Below, piece after piece: positions 59,612-64,000 of a stretch of 64,000 nucleotides of DNA (the first letter of the stretch is position 1; the number at the start of each line of letters is the position of its first letter). A program made the translations under genes and the position numbers. Source of the DNA: an uncultured virus (IMG/VR IMGVR_UViG_3300025922_000012) (lineage: Duplodnaviria; Heunggongvirae; Uroviricota; Caudoviricetes); the IMG/VR virus record IMGVR_UViG_3300025922_000012. One strand, given 5' to 3'. The notes beneath the pieces are model-generated. The model was not told the origin of the DNA and ran no database searches. It worked only from the letters and a program-made list of their open reading frames with translations.

Positions 59612-60639
59612 AACAGCGCATCCTCTGTCGTCTGCGCGACGGCAGGCTTGACCACTTCAGCCGGTTCCACCTTCTCCGGTTCGTTCCGATCCTTCCCCGT
59701 CCCAATGGATCCGTCGTTCGTCGCCCGCTCAATCGGCGTCTCTGGAGCCTTCTCGTCTTTCTTCTTGCCGTTGCTATCCTTCTTGACGCGGGCCTGACCT
59801 GTTTTCCGTTTTGCGTATTCGTCCTTCAGCCAATCCAGCAACAGCGCCGCCTGATCCTCCGGCACGATCCCGTCGCCGCCGAAGTACTCGTTGATCTTCG
59901 CCAGCCGTGCGCCTGGTGCGAAGTTCATCACCCCGAAGGCTTTTTCGATGTTGTCGCGGATCCCTTCCGGCAACTGATCGAACACGGTGACGGACTTCGG
60001 CTGTTCAGTGACGACCGCCGCGCCTTCGGATTGCCCGCTTCCGACGTGGATCGGTTCGGCAGGATAGTCCTGCGCCTCTTCGGCGAGGACGAGCCCCATC
60101 AGCATGTCGGACGCCGCATCGCGGAGCGCGAACCCACGGGCGCGCATCTGGAGCATCCGCTTCGGGTACGTCACCCACGGAGTTTCGCCGCCGTTGTGGC
60201 CGCGCTTGTCCCAGAGCTTTGCCTTCTTGGCATCGGCGATGGAAAACTCGCGGCGTATTTCGTCCGGCCAGCCCTTGCGCTTGATGATGCACACCGCCGT
60301 GTAGGTGTCTTCGGGGAACGTCCCCTCGAATGTTTCATGGAACCGCTCCACGACGCCAGAACTCTGCACCAGCGCGGCGGCAGCATCGCCCCAGATGGAC
60401 GGCCGACCGTTGATGACCGCGATGTTCTGAAGGGCCTGCATCGGCTTCAGCCCCAGATCCCCGCCCATCTGAATGGCGACAAGGATCATGTCCGGCTTGC
60501 CGATGTAATCCTTTGGAGCCAATCCGGAGTTGGCGATGATCGTGGCGATCTCTCTGGCTTCCCCGAGCGACTGTGGCATCAGGGAAAAACTGCGGGGAGC
60601 CTGCCGTTGAAGGCCCTGCTCCTTGTTTGTGTCACTCAT
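59608..60639 (-). CDS. RecT/Redbeta-like single-strand annealing recombinase
   Basis: LGLKPMQALQNIAVINGRPSIWGD...PWVTYPKRMLQMRARGFALRD. Confidence 0.85.
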   Translation of the reverse strand: MSDTNKEQGLQRQAPRSFSLMPQSLGEAREIATIIANSGLAPKDYIGKPDMILVAIQMGGDLGLKPMQALQNIAVINGRPSIWGDAAAALVQSSGVVERFHETFEGTFPEDTYTAVCIIKRKGWPDEIRREFSIADAKKAKLWDKRGHNGGETPWVTYPKRMLQMRARGFALRDAASDMLMGLVLAEEAQDYPAEPIHVGSGQSEGAAVVTEQPKSVTVFDQLPEGIRDNIEKAFGVMNFAPGARLAKINEYFGGDGIVPEDQAALLLDWLKDEYAKRKTGQARVKKDSNGKKKDEKAPETPIERATNDGSIGTGKDRNEPEKVEPAEVVKPAVAQTTEDALF

Positions 60640-61136
60640 GCTTCAACCTTTCGTTCATCGACGCTGACGATGGTGGCAACGCCTGTCAGCGGATGCACCA
60701 ATACTTCCAAGCGGACTTCACAACACGCGAAGAGGAACAGATCCAACGCCTGACCAGACAAGCCGATCTTCGTGCCGATCTCGTACATCTGTTCCTTGCT
60801 GGAATGGAGGTAGACGACGGCTTTCACTGGATCCATCACAGCACCCCATACAGAACGATAAGTAAGCCCACGACGATCCCGATCGAGGCTCCGGCGATCA
60901 GCGTGAGCAGAATCTTGGTCATGTCACCGCACCTTCAAAATGATGCCGTCAGGCGTCTCGTAGACCTTGACGACTTGGAGCACGAGGGTTCCAACCTTGG
61001 TGTCCTGTTCGACGCGCGCCAGCCGCCACCGCTTCATCATCTCCATGCTGTAGTCGCGCCGCTCGCGCTCGAAGAACTTGAGGATCCGTTCGTCGGCGGA
61101 GATTTGACGCTTGAGGATCTTGGTCATCTTCGCCAT
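60636..61136 (-). other. Small genes (60636-60839, a 28-aa TM peptide 60836-60922, 60924-61136)
   Basis: Coupled ORFs. Confidence 0.5.
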
Positions 61137-61783
61137 CAGAAAAGACTCGTATGAACGACGGCCGTTTCTGGGGTCTGTCCCATCCGATCCGGGCAGTCAG
61201 CCACTTGGACCGGACAGAACCGGCACGCTGATTCGCTTGGTGACGCATCCGGGCGCGGGATCGATCCCAACTTCTTCAACAGTTCAAAGAGCCGTGGGCG
61301 AAGCGCCAGCGCATCATCTGGTTTCAACAGCACCGAATGATCGGCGTAGATCACCTCTCCATCGAATTGCATGTGCGGACTTTCCCACGACATCGGAATG
61401 GCGATCATTTCCACGAGCACCTGAATGAGATCGCTGTCCCTTGGGCTTCCCGATTTCACGTCACAGATCCGAGGGCGCTTGTCGGTCTGTTGGATGATCA
61501 GATCCGACTTGCCGGTGATGATCGCCGTCTGTCCTTGCACTCGGAAGTACCGCTCAACCGAACACTTCCAACCATCAGCGCGGAACTTCTCCACGGCATC
61601 AGCAAGCTGCGCCGAATGATTCGCCCGCCACACGGACATGGACGCCTGATCCGCTGCGCCCTTCGCTAACTTGAAGTAGCCCTGCATCCATGTGCTTAGA
61701 ACGCATGGCTGATCCCCGGAGAGAGCCTTAGCGAGACTCGTTACCCAGAACTCAGGCAGACCCTTACGTGGAGTCGTTACCAT
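61136..61783 (-). CDS. PD-(D/E)XK nuclease (Cas4-like)
   Basis: GKSDL...ICDVKSG...Q; CRFCPVQVADC. Confidence 0.75.
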   Translation of the reverse strand: MVTTPRKGLPEFWVTSLAKALSGDQPCVLSTWMQGYFKLAKGAADQASMSVWRANHSAQLADAVEKFRADGWKCSVERYFRVQGQTAIITGKSDLIIQQTDKRPRICDVKSGSPRDSDLIQVLVEMIAIPMSWESPHMQFDGEVIYADHSVLLKPDDALALRPRLFELLKKLGSIPRPDASPSESACRFCPVQVADCPDRMGQTPETAVVHTSLF

Positions 61784-61784
61784 T

Positions 61785-62129
61785 CTATCGACCCTGCGCC
61801 CTGATGAACGACGTGGCCGACCGGAAGACCGGAGCGGCCATGTTCAGTTTCGTGCGGTCGTACATCCCAATCCGTTCGCAGATCCGCATCATCTGATGTG
61901 GCCGTCCCATGTGCTCCAGCATGATCAACGCCCCAGCGCAGTGTTGCGCGTTCGGCGTATTCGCATGACCGTTTCCATCGTCGTCAGTATCGGCGTAGTC
62001 CACGGTGGCGTGACACTGGAATTGTGCGCCGCTATCCACGATCTCGCGTGCCCGAGCCTTCCGCAGAAACGGTCGAATATCCGTCCTGAACGGACACTTC
62101 GGACACGGGTTCGTCATCTCGTACTTCAC
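61785..62129 (-). CDS. Cys/His-rich conserved phage protein
   Basis: PCPKCPFR...FQCH...HCAGA. Confidence 0.6.
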   Translation of the reverse strand: MKYEMTNPCPKCPFRTDIRPFLRKARAREIVDSGAQFQCHATVDYADTDDDGNGHANTPNAQHCAGALIMLEHMGRPHQMMRICERIGMYDRTKLNMAAPVFRSATSFIRAQGR

Positions 62130-62130
62130 G

Positions 62131-62568
62131 TTAGTCCTCGGTCGGTGGTTCGGTATCCCCGAGGTCACGCGGAGCGCCTTCCGATCCCGGCCCGCCGTCG
62201 TCCATGATGGGATCCGTGGGTGCATCCGTCAGGACCAACCCGCTCGTCTGCGGCTGGCCGTTCTTCCCCGCCGCCGCTTCCGTCTTCGCCCGTGTCTCCC
62301 CGCAGATCGCCATCTTGCGGTTCGGCATCGCCGGTTGGAACACCACCGGAAACTTGGCCTGCAACACGACCTGGATCGCTTGCCCGCCCTGAATCATCGG
62401 GTTGAGCGCCGGCCCCACGGACACGACTTCAAAGATCAGATCCTCTTCGTTGTGGAACAGGATCAGATGCCCCGCTTCGATCATTTTGCCGAAGCGATCC
62501 AAGGCGACCATTGGAGGCCGAGGCGGTTGCGGTTGAAACTCTCGGAACGGACTGCGCTTGTCTGCCAT
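62131..62568 (-). CDS. Hypothetical protein
   Basis: AGGAG SD. Confidence 0.6.
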   Translation of the reverse strand: MADKRSPFREFQPQPPRPPMVALDRFGKMIEAGHLILFHNEEDLIFEVVSVGPALNPMIQGGQAIQVVLQAKFPVVFQPAMPNRKMAICGETRAKTEAAAGKNGQPQTSGLVLTDAPTDPIMDDGGPGSEGAPRDLGDTEPPTED

Positions 62569-62576
62569 GCTCTCTC

Positions 62577-63095
62577 CTAGCGCACGTCATGCGCGCTGAT
62601 TTCGACTTCGACGGACTTATTGAACTCCAACCCCAGACTCCATCGCCGATTCGGAACTTGCGTCTCCCACGTTCCGCCGTAGGCGTGCATCAGTGAATGC
62701 GCTTCGTCGAGCGCCTTCTGTTCCACCGACAGTACGCCGAGCACGGTATTGCTTTGCAAGAGCACGTAGACGCGCGTTGGTAGTCCAGCGTTACGGATCG
62801 CTTCGGCTGCTGGACTATCCGAAGGCAACAGCGTGCGCGAATACCGTTCCGTGAACTCCTTCGCGCTGGCGAGAATGTCTGACGCGACCGGCATGGCGGA
62901 TCCTTTCAAGGGCAAGCGCCCCGTATAGGTATTGCACACGAGACAGCACTCGTAACAATCCCCGACGCCCGGATGTGAAAGCGCCCGGTGAAACTGGAAC
63001 GCCTCGCAGGTTTTGCAATAGAGCCAGCCGTCACCGATCCACATATTTGGGTTCGGCACGCAGCCATCGGCGAGAAGTTCAGCCTTGGTCAGCAT
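62577..63095 (-). CDS. Zinc-ribbon hypothetical protein
   Basis: CKTC...CLVC. Confidence 0.5.
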   Translation of the reverse strand: MLTKAELLADGCVPNPNMWIGDGWLYCKTCEAFQFHRALSHPGVGDCYECCLVCNTYTGRLPLKGSAMPVASDILASAKEFTERYSRTLLPSDSPAAEAIRNAGLPTRVYVLLQSNTVLGVLSVEQKALDEAHSLMHAYGGTWETQVPNRRWSLGLEFNKSVEVEISAHDVR

Positions 63096-63547
63096 CAGAA
63101 TTGACCTACAACGCCAGGGCGAAGCACCAGCGGCATCTCCGCCAGCGTCATGATCGTGAACTCCGCCCGTGGCGCTTCTTCCTGCGTCTCCACGTACGCC
63201 TTGGTGGCTCGAATCTCCACCGCTTGCGCGTCGTCCTTATACACGATCCCAGTCAAGGCGTCGGTGGCTCCTCGTATCAACTTGTCCAGATCCGGCCGCG
63301 TGATGTGAGGGATCGGTTTCTTCGGCTTCGACTTCGGCCTAGAGAGGTAGAACGCGATGGTCACAATCACCGCCTCCGTCAACAGCACGCCGTTGGCCTG
63401 CGCGCCTGCCGCCGCCGCAATCTTGGACTCCCAGCCCTTGAGGCCCTTCGTCGCCGACGTGATGATCGGGCGCGTCCAGCCCTTGGGCACAAACGCACGG
63501 GCAGAGCCCTTCGGCAACGGATCCCCGTAGACCACGAACTTGATCAC
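63095..63547 (-). CDS. rusA: RusA-family Holliday junction resolvase
   Basis: PLPKGS, RPDLDKLIRGATDALTGIVYKDDAQ. Confidence 0.9.
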   Translation of the reverse strand: MIKFVVYGDPLPKGSARAFVPKGWTRPIITSATKGLKGWESKIAAAAGAQANGVLLTEAVIVTIAFYLSRPKSKPKKPIPHITRPDLDKLIRGATDALTGIVYKDDAQAVEIRATKAYVETQEEAPRAEFTIMTLAEMPLVLRPGVVGQF

Positions 63548-63708
63548 AGCTTTCGCCCTGCCAGTGCTCTGATCCCAAGCTCTACGAGTCGGCGCACCGT
63601 ATCGGCAAGTGGCCGTTGGGCTTTATCCTTGATGCGCTCTAAATGTTCTCTCAGGTCGTCGCTCGCCCTGAAACTCACCATGTTGTCCAACCGCTTCGCT
63701 TTCGGCAT
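63544..63708 (-). CDS. Ribbon-helix-helix regulator
   Basis: MPKAKRLDNMVSFRASDDLREHLERIKDKAQRPLADTVRRLVELGI. Confidence 0.7.
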   Translation of the reverse strand: MPKAKRLDNMVSFRASDDLREHLERIKDKAQRPLADTVRRLVELGIRALAGRKL

Positions 63709-63773
63709 GACCACACCTTAATTAAATGTATTCCTTGTTGTCAAGGGAAACTTTTGTGGTAGTATTCCGGCCC
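63709..63773. promoter_or_regulatory. Divergent overlapping sigma70-like promoters
   Basis: Minus TTGACA-N18-TAAGGT; plus TTGTCA-N16-TAGTAT with TGn; AT-rich gap. Confidence 0.55.
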
Positions 63774-64000
63774 ATGCCGATACGCCCAATAGATGATGAC
63801 GATCTTCGGAAAGCCTTAGCACTACTGCCATCGCCCCACTTTAGGCAGCGGGACATCTACCGTTGCGCACAACGCCTCTATCGTGATCCGACGAAGGGGC
63901 AAGCCTTGTGGAGCAAGATGGTTCGATTCGGATGGATCGTTCCGACAAAATACCGCATCGGTAACTACCAATGCCGCTTCTACTGGACACGTTCATCGGC
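63774..64000 (+). CDS. Hypothetical protein (truncated by window)
   Basis: MPIRPIDDDDLRKALALL... open to window end. Confidence 0.45.
   Translation, partial: MPIRPIDDDDLRKALALLPSPHFRQRDIYRCAQRLYRDPTKGQALWSKMVRFGWIVPTKYRIGNYQCRFYWTRSS

Noticed and set aside
61240..61290. tRNA T-arm-like string GCGGGATCGATCCC
   Set aside because: No cloverleaf or acceptor stem; lies antisense within a nuclease CDS
58269..61783. Cas4-like nucleases as a CRISPR system
   Set aside because: Context with RecT and RusA indicates a phage recombination module
1..64000. Stop-codon recoding or prophage boundaries
   Set aside because: Genes are full length under code 11 using all three stops; no host genes, integrase or att sites seen

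Overview
A 64 kb stretch (about 60% GC by eye) of a tailed dsDNA phage genome with podovirus-type architecture. On the minus strand, 1-33.5 kb carries a packaging, head, short-tail, ejection and lysis operon: large terminase, portal, scaffold, major capsid, decoration proteins, adaptors, nozzle, fibres, three ejection proteins and many small membrane proteins. 33.5-41.7 kb holds small middle or late genes. A divergent plus-strand early cluster lies at 42.1-47.8 kb. A minus-strand DNA metabolism module occupies 47.8-63.7 kb: Dam-like and C5 methyltransferases, primase-helicase, J-domain protein, SMC/Rad50-like ATPase, two PD-(D/E)XK nucleases, RecT-like recombinase, HNH and RusA. No integrase, DNA polymerase, endolysin, tRNA or CRISPR array was recognised. 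The most unusual signal is that four proteins inside the virion operon (two tail fibres, a fibre-associated protein and a protein among the capsid-decoration genes) begin with Sec-type signal peptides cleaved before Gln, and three of them carry paired cysteines. Two further genes carry twin-arginine leaders, one on an apparent paralogue of the capsid cement protein. This suggests export of virion parts and extracytoplasmic or post-lysis assembly. Other notable signals are a ~550 nt highly structured putative ncRNA with GNRA/UUCG loops and a pseudoknot, covarying tandem hairpins upstream of the scaffold gene, and strong GATC enrichment. All functional calls come from motif recognition and gene order, not database searches.
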